A DNA stretch of 64,000 nt from Candidatus Eiseniibacteriota bacterium (GTDB lineage Bacteria; Eisenbacteria; RBG-16-71-46; JABDJR01). Each line of letters starts with the position of its first letter. Within the stretch, counting starts at the first letter, position 1. The translations under genes and the position numbers were made by a program. The stretch is taken from contig CAVXKA010000001.1 of assembly GCA_963762255.1 (NCBI GenBank), positions 1,632,001 through 1,696,000 on the forward strand. The letters are read 5' to 3'. Under the pieces are notes generated by a model that was given only the letters and a program-made list of their open reading frames with translations, had not been told where the DNA came from and did no database searches. Below, piece after piece: positions 39,016-48,209 of the stretch.

Positions 39016-40182
39016 ATGATGTTGGAATTGGTTGAGCCCAAGACGCACGCGGTGCTGAAGGTGATCGGCGTCGGGGGTGCGGGTGGCAACGCGGTGAACG
39101 GCATGGTGCAGGGCGGGCTCATGGGCGTCGAGTTCGTGGCCATGAACTCGGACGCGCAAGTGCTCGATCAGAGCCTCGCCGGACGCAAGGTCCATCTCGG
39201 CAACGGCCTCACCGAAGGCCTCGGCTGCGGGGGCAAGCCCGAGGTCGGCCGCCAGGCCGCCCAGGAATCGATCGAGGACGTTCGTGACGCGGTGCGCGGC
39301 GCGGACATGGTCTTCATCACCGCGGGGATGGGCGGCGGCACCGGCACCGGCGCGTCGCCGACGGTGGCCCGCGTGGCCCGCGAAGAGGGCGCGCTCACGG
39401 TGGCGGTCGTCACCAAGCCCTTCATCTTCGAAGGGCGCCAGCGCATGCGGCAAGCGGACGAGGGACTCGCCGCGCTGCGCGACGAAGTGGACACGCTGAT
39501 CGTCATCCCCAACCAGCGGCTTCTCACCGTGACCGACAAGATGACCTCGCTGGTGGATGCGTTCCGCAAGGCCGACGAGGTGCTCTTCCACGCGACCCGC
39601 GGCATCAGCGATCTGATCACCGTTCCCGGTCTCATCAACCTCGACTTCGCCGACGTGCGCTCGGTCATGAGCGCCCGCGGCAACGCGCTCATGGGAACCG
39701 GCTTCGCTACGGGCGAGACCAGCGCGGAGGACGCGGCCCGCATGGCGATCTCGAGCCCGCTGCTCGAGGACGTGAGCATCGCCGGCGCGGAAGCGGTGTT
39801 GGTCAACATCTGCGGCGGCGAGGGCCTCGGTATCCACACCGTGAGCGAGGCGATGAACATCATCAACGAAGCGGTCGGCGGCGACGCCAACGTGATCTTC
39901 GGCGCGGTCATCGACCCGGAGCTGGTGGACTCGGTGCGTATCACCGTGATCGCCACCGGATTCGGCATGCCGCCTCTGGAAGAGAAGGTCACCGAGACCG
40001 TGCGCCAGTCCGCCCGCCGGTCCTACGGCGCCGAGTTCCTTCCCGGCCGTACGGCCACGGAAGGACCGATGGCGGAGAAGCGCCTGGCCGCCGCCTCGCC
40101 GGTCAACCGCGAGCGGTGGGAGCGCGTGCAGGGTCACGGAGGTCTCGACGTGCCGGCCTTCATTCGCAAGCAGATCGACTGA
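39016..40182 (+). CDS. ftsZ: Cell division protein FtsZ
   Basis: GVGGAGGNAV, GMGGGTGTGA, INLDFADV, LDVPAFIRK; AAGGAGG RBS. Confidence 0.98.
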   Translation: MMLELVEPKTHAVLKVIGVGGAGGNAVNGMVQGGLMGVEFVAMNSDAQVLDQSLAGRKVHLGNGLTEGLGCGGKPEVGRQAAQESIEDVRDAVRGADMVFITAGMGGGTGTGASPTVARVAREEGALTVAVVTKPFIFEGRQRMRQADEGLAALRDEVDTLIVIPNQRLLTVTDKMTSLVDAFRKADEVLFHATRGISDLITVPGLINLDFADVRSVMSARGNALMGTGFATGETSAEDAARMAISSPLLEDVSIAGAEAVLVNICGGEGLGIHTVSEAMNIINEAVGGDANVIFGAVIDPELVDSVRITVIATGFGMPPLEEKVTETVRQSARRSYGAEFLPGRTATEGPMAEKRLAAASPVNRERWERVQGHGGLDVPAFIRKQID

Positions 40183-40215
40183 CAGGCCGCGGAACGGCGA
40201 GAGGGGGGGCGAAGC

Positions 40216-41862
40216 GTGTCGTTCCTGAGCCGATTTTTCGGCCGGTGGGGCAATCCCCACTATGCCCGGGGGATCATGCACTTCAACCGCCGCGAGTACG
40301 CGGCGGCGGTTGCCGAGTTCGAACACCTGCTCGAAGAGGTGCGGGATCCCTCGAATCCCGACGTCGAGTTGGCGCGCTTCTATGCCGCCGAGGCCCATGG
40401 CCATCTGGGCCTTGCCCTCTATCGCCAGCATGAGCTGGCGCGGGCCCAGCAGGAATTCGAGCGCGCGGCGGCGGTGGAAGGGAATTACCCCGACCTGCAC
40501 TACTACATCGGCGTGATGGAGGAGCGGCAGGGGCATCCGGAACGGGCCTTGCCCCATTTCGACCGGGCGCTGGAACTCAAGCCGGACTATCCCGAAGCGT
40601 TGGCCTATCGCGCCATCGCGCACGACAGCCTCGGTCACACAGAGGCGCGGACGGAGGATCTCGCGCAGCTCGCCGCGCTCCAGTTCGAGGTCCCGCCCTC
40701 GGTGCGCCCCCTCGGACGCGAGCCCCTTCCCGCTCACGCCATCGAGGAGCTGCGGGCCGTGGTGGAGACCAAGGAAAGGGACAACCGCCACCTGGCTCAC
40801 GCGATCGAGGCCTACGACCGGGGAAACCGCGAGGAAGCGCTGTCGGCGCTGGCGCAGGCCATCGAGGAGAAGCCCCGATACGCCGACCTGCGCTGCCGCT
40901 ACGGGCAGGTGCTGTCGGAAGTGGGGCGTCACGAGGAGGCCCTCGCCTCGTTCGATGCCGCGCTGGCCATCAACGCGGACTACCTGGAGGCGCTCCTGGC
41001 GCGCGGCATCTCGCTCCTGGTCCTCGACCGCCCCTCGGAGGCTCTCATCCCGCTTCACCGCGCCGCAGGTCTCAAACCCTCCTACGCCGATCTGGCCTAC
41101 TACGAGGGCGTGGCGGCGCTTCGGGCCGGCCGCCCCCGCGAGGCGCTGGAGCCGCTCGCGCGCGCGCTGGCGGTCAACTCGAACTTCGGACGCGCCCGTT
41201 TCACGATGGGGCAAGCGCGGCTGGCGCTGGGCGACCGCACCGCAGGGCTCGCCGATCTGCGCGCGGGTCTCGACGCCGACAAGCGCCTGGTGCCCCAGCA
41301 TGCCTTTGCGGGCGGCGCGCACCTGGATCGAGGCGAGCACGCCACCGCTGCCGACTACCTGGCGGGCGCGGTGCGCAACCATCCGGACTACCCCGATCTG
41401 CGCGTGCAGTTGGGTCTGGCCTATCTGGGCCTCGGTCGTTTCGACGAGGCACTCGGAGAGTTCCGCGAGGCGATCCGGCTCAAGCCCGACTACGCGACGG
41501 CCCATGTTTCGCTGGGGCGCGCGGAGGTCCGGGCGGGCCGCCCGCACGAAGCGATCGCCCCCTTGCGCCGCGCGCTCGAGATCGAACCGCGTCTGGCCGA
41601 TGTGCACGAACTACTCGGCGAGGCGCTCCTGGAGATCGGGGAGATCCTCGATGCGGAACGCGAATTCCACGAGGCGCTCCGGCTTCACGAGATGTACGTG
41701 GACGCCAAGGTGGGACTCGCCGTCCTCTGCCGTCGGACCGGCCGGGACGACGAGGCGCGCCGGCTCGCGGCCGAAATACTCGTGCTCGCGCCGGGGCATC
41801 CGGCAGCGTTGAGCCTGACGATGAATGGATGGCGCTTGGCTGGGAACGGTGCGGAGGATTAA
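40216..41862 (+). CDS. Multi-TPR protein
   Basis: About 12 TPRs with recurring P.Y[AP]D[LA] motifs. Confidence 0.88.
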   Translation: MSFLSRFFGRWGNPHYARGIMHFNRREYAAAVAEFEHLLEEVRDPSNPDVELARFYAAEAHGHLGLALYRQHELARAQQEFERAAAVEGNYPDLHYYIGVMEERQGHPERALPHFDRALELKPDYPEALAYRAIAHDSLGHTEARTEDLAQLAALQFEVPPSVRPLGREPLPAHAIEELRAVVETKERDNRHLAHAIEAYDRGNREEALSALAQAIEEKPRYADLRCRYGQVLSEVGRHEEALASFDAALAINADYLEALLARGISLLVLDRPSEALIPLHRAAGLKPSYADLAYYEGVAALRAGRPREALEPLARALAVNSNFGRARFTMGQARLALGDRTAGLADLRAGLDADKRLVPQHAFAGGAHLDRGEHATAADYLAGAVRNHPDYPDLRVQLGLAYLGLGRFDEALGEFREAIRLKPDYATAHVSLGRAEVRAGRPHEAIAPLRRALEIEPRLADVHELLGEALLEIGEILDAEREFHEALRLHEMYVDAKVGLAVLCRRTGRDDEARRLAAEILVLAPGHPAALSLTMNGWRLAGNGAED

Positions 41863-41905
41863 TAGGCGGGGTGGAGACGACGAGCGGCGCGTCGGCCGCG
41901 CTCGA

Positions 41906-42130
41906 TCAAGACGCCGAAGCCGGTCCCGTCTTAGGAGCGCGGACGTTCTTCACGACCTTGCCCGAGCGCAAGCAGCGCGTACAGACCCGAAGCTTCTTGG
42001 GTACCCCGGCCACGAGCGCGCGCACGTTCTGAAGGTTGGGTTCCCACCGACGGCGGGTGAGGTTGTGCGCGTGGCTGATGTTATTGCCGAATACGGGGCC
42101 CTTGCCGCAGATGTCACATTCCTTACCCAC
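41906..42130 (-). CDS. rpmB: 50S ribosomal protein L28 (Cys-containing form)
   Basis: CDICGKGP..GNNISHAHN.TRRRWEPNLQ...VCTRCLRSGKV. Confidence 0.96.
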   Translation of the reverse strand: MGKECDICGKGPVFGNNISHAHNLTRRRWEPNLQNVRALVAGVPKKLRVCTRCLRSGKVVKNVRAPKTGPASAS

Positions 42131-42268
42131 GAGGCATCTCCTTGTCAGGCCGGGGCCACCGACGGACCCGGCTCAAAGCCGGAAGAGGCTAGCACACGCG
42201 CCGCCCCCGCTCAAGACCGCATTGTCCCGGACGGCCCCTCGGCCTAGAATGGCCCTTCCATGCGAGCT

Positions 42269-44416
42269 ATGACCCCAGAGGCCAGCGTACAGGCGCTTCC
42301 CGGCGTGGGAAAGCGGGTGGCGGAGGCCCTGGAGCGGCTTGGCGTGGCCACGCTCCAGGATCTCCTCGGGCACTACCCGGCCCGATGGGTGGACCGCAGG
42401 GAGATTCGCCCGATTCACAGCCTCACCGCCGCGGAGTTGCAGGCGACGGAGGAGGGGGAGGACGGCCGGTCGCGCCGGAGCGTCTTCACCGTCCTCGGCA
42501 CGGTGGTGGGGTCACGAGTCGCGGGGCCGCCTGCCGGGCGGCGCTGGCGTGCCTCCGCGTCCCAGCGACTCGAAGTGCGCATCGCCGACCCGACCGGGTC
42601 GGCCACGCTGGTCTTCTTCGGCGGCGCGTGGCGGCGGCAGCACTTCGCCGAGGGGGCCAAGATCCTGGCCTCGGGGGCGCTGAGCGCTTATCGCGGCGCG
42701 CTTCAATTCCAGAGCCCCGAATACGAAATCCTCGACGAAGAGGAAGAAGCGCAGATCCATACCGGCCGGCTCTTCCCCGTTTACCCCGCCACCAAAGGAG
42801 TCACGCAGCGGCAGCTTCGGCATTGGGTGCGGCTTGCCCTCGACACCTGCGTGCCCGGACTCGAGGACACCCTGCCCGCGTCGCTGCGCGCCCGCTTCAA
42901 GCTGGCGCCTCTGGCGGGCGCGCTTGAAGACATCCACTTTCCCGCCTCACCCGAGGCGCGAGCCTCGGCCCGTCGGCGCCTTGCCTTCGAGGAGATCTTT
43001 CTCGACCAGCTCTTTGTCTATGCGGTGCGGCTGCGCCGGGAGCGGGGACGGCGGGCGGACATCGTGCCGGGCGGCGGCCCGATCTTTCGTCGCATCCGGG
43101 CCGCGCTGCCGTTCCGCCTCACCCCGGATCAGGAGGAAGCCCTGACCGAGATCCTCGACGATCTGCGATCGGGGCGGCCCATGAACCGGCTGTTGCAGGG
43201 GGACGTCGGATCCGGCAAGACGGTGGTCGCGCTCCTGGCGGCCGCTGCCGCAGCGGACGCCGGCGTGCAGACGGCGTTCATGGTTCCGACCGAGATTCTG
43301 GCCGAGCAGCACCTGCGCACCCTGCGCGACCTGGGCGGCTCGTTCGGGCTGGAGCCGCGGATCCTCACCGGAAGCCTCGGTGCGGGAACCCGCCGAGAAG
43401 TGCTGCGGGTCCTCGCCGACGGCACCGCCCCGCTCGTGGTGGGCACGCATGCGCTCTTCCAGGAGGAAGTGCGGTTTCGCGACCTTGGGCTCGTGGTGGT
43501 GGACGAGCAGCACCGCTTCGGCGTGCTCCAGCGAGTGGCGCTCCTCGAGAAGGGGCGCGCCCCCCACGTGCTGGTCATGTCCGCGACCCCCATCCCCCGA
43601 AGCCTTGCCCTCGTGCGCTACGCGGACTTGGATGTCTCGCTCATCCGCCACCGGCCGGCGGGTCGGGGGCGGGTCGTCACCCGGGTGACTCCGGAGCACA
43701 AGCGCGAGGCGGTCTACGAATTTCTCGCAGAACGTTTGAGAGAAGGGCGGCAGGCCTTTATCATCTACCCGTTGGTGGAGGAGTCCGAGAAATCGGATCT
43801 GAAGGCCGCCACCACCATGGCAAAGCGGCTCGCCGCGCGGCCCGAGTTCAAGGACTTCGCGGTGGCTCTGCTTCACGGGCAAATGAAGCCCGAGGAGAAA
43901 GACGGTGTCATGGCGCGGTTCGTGGCGGGAGAAGTGCGGGTGCTGGTGGCGACGACGGTGGTCGAGGTGGGGATCGACGTTCCGAACGCATCGTTCCTCA
44001 TCATCGAGCACCCGGAGCGCTACGGGCTGAGCCAGCTCCACCAACTGCGCGGTCGTGTCGGACGGGGCAAGCACGCGTCCTACTGCGTGCTGATCCGCGG
44101 CGACGCGGTCGACGACGAGGCGGCGGCGCGTCTCGATCGGTTCGCGCACATCGACGACGGCTTCGAGCTGGCCGAGCTCGATCTGTCCCTGCGTGGGCAG
44201 GGCGATGTGGCGGGCACGCGGCAGAGCGGCCGGCCGGGCTACAAGCTGGCCGATCCGTGGCGCGACGCCCGCATGGTCGCCGTGGCGCGGGATGAGGCGA
44301 GGAAGGCGCTCGACGAGGGTGCCTTCGAGGGGGCGCAGGGGTCGGAATGGGAGCCTCTCCGCCGCCGTCTGAAGGAGATGCTTAAAACCGCCGGTGTCCG
44401 GGTCGACGCCGGCTGA
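42269..44416 (+). CDS. recG: ATP-dependent DNA helicase RecG
   Basis: QGDVGSGKT, DEQHRFG, MSATPIPR, QLHQLRGRVGRG, DGFELAELDL. Confidence 0.97.
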   Translation: MTPEASVQALPGVGKRVAEALERLGVATLQDLLGHYPARWVDRREIRPIHSLTAAELQATEEGEDGRSRRSVFTVLGTVVGSRVAGPPAGRRWRASASQRLEVRIADPTGSATLVFFGGAWRRQHFAEGAKILASGALSAYRGALQFQSPEYEILDEEEEAQIHTGRLFPVYPATKGVTQRQLRHWVRLALDTCVPGLEDTLPASLRARFKLAPLAGALEDIHFPASPEARASARRRLAFEEIFLDQLFVYAVRLRRERGRRADIVPGGGPIFRRIRAALPFRLTPDQEEALTEILDDLRSGRPMNRLLQGDVGSGKTVVALLAAAAAADAGVQTAFMVPTEILAEQHLRTLRDLGGSFGLEPRILTGSLGAGTRREVLRVLADGTAPLVVGTHALFQEEVRFRDLGLVVVDEQHRFGVLQRVALLEKGRAPHVLVMSATPIPRSLALVRYADLDVSLIRHRPAGRGRVVTRVTPEHKREAVYEFLAERLREGRQAFIIYPLVEESEKSDLKAATTMAKRLAARPEFKDFAVALLHGQMKPEEKDGVMARFVAGEVRVLVATTVVEVGIDVPNASFLIIEHPERYGLSQLHQLRGRVGRGKHASYCVLIRGDAVDDEAAARLDRFAHIDDGFELAELDLSLRGQGDVAGTRQSGRPGYKLADPWRDARMVAVARDEARKALDEGAFEGAQGSEWEPLRRRLKEMLKTAGVRVDAG

Positions 44417-44427
44417 GCGGGGGTTCC

Positions 44428-44937
44428 ATGATCGTTCGGTGTCCCGATTGCCGATCGAAGTACGAGATCGCCGCCGACAAGATCCCGGTGGGGGTCTTCA
44501 AGCTGCGCTGCCCTCGATGCAAGGCGGTCTTCCCGGTGAACACGCAGCTCGATGCGGAGACGGTCGCGGCCGAGGCGGCCGCTCCTGTCGCGCCCGCGAC
44601 TCCCCAAGCGGTGCGCGAGGTGCGCCTGCCGGAGCCGGCGGCGGCTTCCTCGCCGGTGAGCGCGCCGGTGAGCGCGCCGATCGACCGGCCTCGCATCAGC
44701 GACCCGGCGCTGGCTCGGCGCATGGCGCGGGCCATGATCTCGGAGATGGTCCTCAATCGCCGCAGCGAACGCGACGACGCGCTGGTGAGCGAAACCGTGC
44801 TGAGTCGCTTCGGACCGGCGATCGTCGCCGCCTTCGAGCTCTACCGCGGAAAGGTCTCGCCCGATCTCCACTCCGCCCCCGCGTTCTTCCGGGACGCCGT
44901 CAACGAGATCCTCGGGGGAGGGGCTGCCGTCCTGTAG
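44428..44937 (+). CDS. Zinc-ribbon (MJ0042-like finger) domain protein
   Basis: N-terminal CPDC-x17-CPRC, Ala/Pro linker, helical C-terminal domain. Confidence 0.85.
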   Translation: MIVRCPDCRSKYEIAADKIPVGVFKLRCPRCKAVFPVNTQLDAETVAAEAAAPVAPATPQAVREVRLPEPAAASSPVSAPVSAPIDRPRISDPALARRMARAMISEMVLNRRSERDDALVSETVLSRFGPAIVAAFELYRGKVSPDLHSAPAFFRDAVNEILGGGAAVL

Positions 44938-45838
44938 ACGGGAGCCCCCACACGCAGCCCACATCCCTGGCGCCGACCCGGCCACAGCCGCCGGAGCCGG
45001 CCGGGGCACAAAGGGATATGTCGAACAGGGTGTAGACCCCACGCGCCGCGTCGCAGAACTGCGGATCCACGTTGAAGTCCCCTTCCGGCGCCGCGCAACC
45101 CGTGTAGGGCCCGTTGACGCTCTCGAAGACGTCGTTACAGCCGCTCCCTTCGAGAAGCAACGCGTTCCCAACGCAGGCGATCCCGAAGTTGGCGGAGCCG
45201 GCGACGATGTTGGCGGTCAAGAGCGCGTCCGAGTCTTCGGTCAACCGGACCCCGCAATCCCCCGCTCGGAGAATCGTGTTCTGCCGGGCAATGAGATGAG
45301 TGCCGCCGGCGACGTCGACGCCGAATGAAGCTGCATCCTCCAACAGGTTCCCTTCCACCCGTACGGTGGGACTCGACCCGTCGGCATGGACTTGCACCGT
45401 CCCTCCGGTGAAGAGGCAACCCTTGATCAAGATCTCGCCGTCGCCGGTCACGTCGATGGTGGGCGCGCCGCCCGCGAACGCCACGGCTTCGATCGTGGTG
45501 CCCGCCTTGGGGTTGTCGAAGCGCAGGAAGGTGAAGCTGTCGGTGCCGGTCACGAGAGGAAGGCTCTTGTCGCCGCGGATGACCAGCGGTGTCTGATCGG
45601 AGCGAAAGGACACGGTCTGGGTCAGCGCGGGAAGCGGATAGAAGGCGCGCACGAGAAGCGTATCTCCGGCTACGGCCTCGCGGCCGGCCTCCTCGAGATC
45701 CATCTCGTCGGGCACGAGGATCGTGCGAGGCTCCCGGGTGACAGGAGGCTTCGTCTCCTCGTCGCCACAGGCCGAGACGAGGCAGAGGAGAACGAGCCCC
45801 AGTGCGCGGAGTCCGGCGGCTTGGCTGGTCGTCTTCAT
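44900..45838 (-). CDS. Lipoprotein with right-handed parallel beta-helix
   Basis: GAGGG RBS, lipobox LVSAC, beta-helix repeats, CNDV...N..VDPQFC...GCG.VGA C-terminus. Confidence 0.75.
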   Translation of the reverse strand: MKTTSQAAGLRALGLVLLCLVSACGDEETKPPVTREPRTILVPDEMDLEEAGREAVAGDTLLVRAFYPLPALTQTVSFRSDQTPLVIRGDKSLPLVTGTDSFTFLRFDNPKAGTTIEAVAFAGGAPTIDVTGDGEILIKGCLFTGGTVQVHADGSSPTVRVEGNLLEDAASFGVDVAGGTHLIARQNTILRAGDCGVRLTEDSDALLTANIVAGSANFGIACVGNALLLEGSGCNDVFESVNGPYTGCAAPEGDFNVDPQFCDAARGVYTLFDISLCAPAGSGGCGRVGARDVGCVWGLPSTGRQPLPRGSR

Positions 45839-46030
45839 GGGTGTCCCTCGAAAGCCCTGGCACGGTCTGGACTGGATTCTAGTCAGGTGGACCCATGAGG
45901 AACAAGCGAGCATTCCGGGGGAAAAGCAACGGCGGAACAGCTTGTTCAGCCGTCCCGCCGTCGAGTCCAGGCGTCGGGGGGATTAAACCGCGATGCCTCC
46001 TCGGGAGATGCAGGCCCCTCGGGGGGCACC

Positions 46031-46648
46031 TCAGTTCTTGGAGCTTCCGGCCAGGAGCGAACGGACCTCCGGGGCCACCATCTCCGATTTCGTGACCAGC
46101 AGGATCCGCAACTCGTCTGCCCCCACGTTTCGGATGATCTGGTCCTTCTGTGCCTTCACGAAGATGGAGTCGCCGGGGTCCACCACGTAGCTGTCCCCCT
46201 CCATCTGGATCTCGCACTTGCCGCGCAGCACGTACAGAAAATACTCGTCGGGCACGCTCGGCCGCGGGTTCAGGCGCAACTCGCCCGATTCCAGCTCGAG
46301 AAACATCACGTTGAACGCGCCGGCGCTGGAGCGCGCGCAGAGCACTTCGATGCTCGCGTTCTCGCGGTTCCCGGCGACCTTGCGCCCCTTGCCCTTGCGG
46401 ACCAACTCGACTTCCCTTTGACGCTCGTCCTCGAAGAACTCCGTCATCGGCACGTTCAAGGCCTGGGCGATGCGATGCAGCGTGGCAAGCGACGGGGAGG
46501 AGACCCCGCGCTCGATCGTGGAGATCTGGCCGTTCGTGATCCCCACCTGCTGCGCCAGCTCCAATTGGGTGAGGTTCTGCTCCTTGCGGAGCTTCCTGAG
46601 CTTTTGACCCAGGTACAGCATGTGAACCATCGCGTCGTTCGTGTACAT
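46031..46648 (-). CDS. XRE family HTH transcriptional regulator with cupin domain
   Basis: LGQKLRKLRKEQNLTQLELAQQVG...ISTIERG..SPSL, then cupin (EYFLYVLRG...PGDSIF). Confidence 0.92.
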   Translation of the reverse strand: MYTNDAMVHMLYLGQKLRKLRKEQNLTQLELAQQVGITNGQISTIERGVSSPSLATLHRIAQALNVPMTEFFEDERQREVELVRKGKGRKVAGNRENASIEVLCARSSAGAFNVMFLELESGELRLNPRPSVPDEYFLYVLRGKCEIQMEGDSYVVDPGDSIFVKAQKDQIIRNVGADELRILLVTKSEMVAPEVRSLLAGSSKN

Positions 46649-46672
46649 CGGACCCCCTCGTTTCGTCCAGGT

Positions 46673-46788
46673 TGGAACCAGGTTCCAGATCCCTGGTCGC
46701 GGGTTTGATGCTCCCCCTATGATCACGTTTCGTGCCAAGTCGCCGGAATTGGCAGTCATTCTTCAAGGGATTGGATTACAAGAGGTTG
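46673..46788 (-). promoter_or_regulatory. Candidate sigma54-type promoter, palindromic operator and IHF-like sites upstream of the XRE-cupin gene
   Basis: Minus strand TTGGCACG-aaac-GTGA (46723-46738, non-canonical -12); palindrome TGGAACC-a-GGTTCCA (46673-46687); two WATCAANNNNTTR-like sites (46761-46773, 46776-46788). Confidence 0.5.
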
Positions 46789-46847
46789 CAAGGGCCGGAA
46801 TCATGCCGGTCTTTAGCCGGGAGCGGATCAGACGTGAAACGACGGGA

Positions 46848-48209
46848 CTATGACTGGGAAGGATTTTTCAATCCGTACACGCGGATCTTCTTGCGAAGGG
46901 TTGGCCGGGAGATCCCGAGGGTCTGGCAGGCGCGGCCCTGGTGCCAGCCAACCGCCTCCAGAACGTGTCGGATGTGCGCGGACTCCACATCCTCGAGGCT
47001 GGCCATCGGGCCGGCCGCGGCGTCCACTTCCATACCCAGGCCGGAGTCCAGGCTGTGCTCGGGGAGCGCCAGAACCTCGCCCTTGCTGAGGACCACGGCG
47101 CGAGTGAGCACGTTCTCCAACTCGCGCACGTTGCCGCGCCAGTCGTAGCGGACGAGCTGCTCCAGCACCGTGCCGGGCACCTTGAAAACCTCGCGATGGA
47201 CCTCCGCGTTGATCTTCTGGAGGAAGTGCTCGACAAGAAGCGGGATGTCTTCCTTGCGCTCCCGAAGCGGCGGCACGTGAACGGTGATGACCTTGAGCCG
47301 GTAGTACAGGTCCTCCCGGAACGCGCCCTGCGCGACCATGCCCTCCAGGTTGCGGTTGGTCGCGGCGATGACCCTTGCTTCCGTGCGCAGCACGTCGCGC
47401 CCCCCCACCCGCGTGAACTCGCGTTCCTGCAGGACGCGCAGGAGCTTGGTCTGGAGGTTGGCCGACATGTCCCCGATTTCGTCGAGGAAGATGGTGCCGT
47501 GCCCGGCCAGCTCGAACTTCCCCTGCTTGCGATACGTGGCGCCGGTGAACGCGCCCTTCTCGTGTCCGAACAGCTCGCTCTCGAGAAGGGTCTCCACGAT
47601 CGCCGAGCAGTTGACGGAGACGAAGGGCTCCTGAGGGGTGGCGTTGCTGTGGACCGCCCGCGCGATCAACTCCTTCCCGGTGCCGCTCTCCCCGGTGATG
47701 AGCACGGTGGTGTTGCTGGCCGACACCACTCCGATGGTCTTGTAAACCTCCAGCATCGGTTTGCTCTTGCCAATGAGCACGTTGGCGCGGATCGGGACGT
47801 TCCGCTCGGCTTGGAGTCGGCTGATGGCGAGGGTCAGGCGGCGATTCTCGCGCGCCTTGTCGACGACGATCTCCAGCTCCCGCGGCTCGAAGGGCTTGTG
47901 AATGTAATCGAAGGCCCCTCGCTTGATCGCCGCCACCGTCGTGTCCATGTCGTCGTAGGCGGTGATCATCACCACGTACGCGTCGGGGTCCAGGTCGCGG
48001 ATCTGTTTGAGGAGATCGAGGCCGGTCCCGTCGGGAAGGTGGACGTCGCAGATCACGAAAGCGGGGCGTGCCTCGCGGTACCGCTCGATGCCTTCCCGAA
48101 GAGATAGGGCGGTGTAAGTTTCGAAGCCACGGGCACGGAAGAACTTCGAGAGCATGCGCGTGAGGGCGACCTGGTCGTCGACGATGAGGAGCCGCTCGGG
48201 GGCACTCAT
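46848..48209 (-). CDS. NtrC/AtoC-family sigma54 response regulator
   Basis: REC domain, GESGTGKE, GAFTGA, WRGNVREL, HTH. Confidence 0.95.
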   Translation of the reverse strand: MSAPERLLIVDDQVALTRMLSKFFRARGFETYTALSLREGIERYREARPAFVICDVHLPDGTGLDLLKQIRDLDPDAYVVMITAYDDMDTTVAAIKRGAFDYIHKPFEPRELEIVVDKARENRRLTLAISRLQAERNVPIRANVLIGKSKPMLEVYKTIGVVSASNTTVLITGESGTGKELIARAVHSNATPQEPFVSVNCSAIVETLLESELFGHEKGAFTGATYRKQGKFELAGHGTIFLDEIGDMSANLQTKLLRVLQEREFTRVGGRDVLRTEARVIAATNRNLEGMVAQGAFREDLYYRLKVITVHVPPLRERKEDIPLLVEHFLQKINAEVHREVFKVPGTVLEQLVRYDWRGNVRELENVLTRAVVLSKGEVLALPEHSLDSGLGMEVDAAAGPMASLEDVESAHIRHVLEAVGWHQGRACQTLGISRPTLRKKIRVYGLKNPSQS

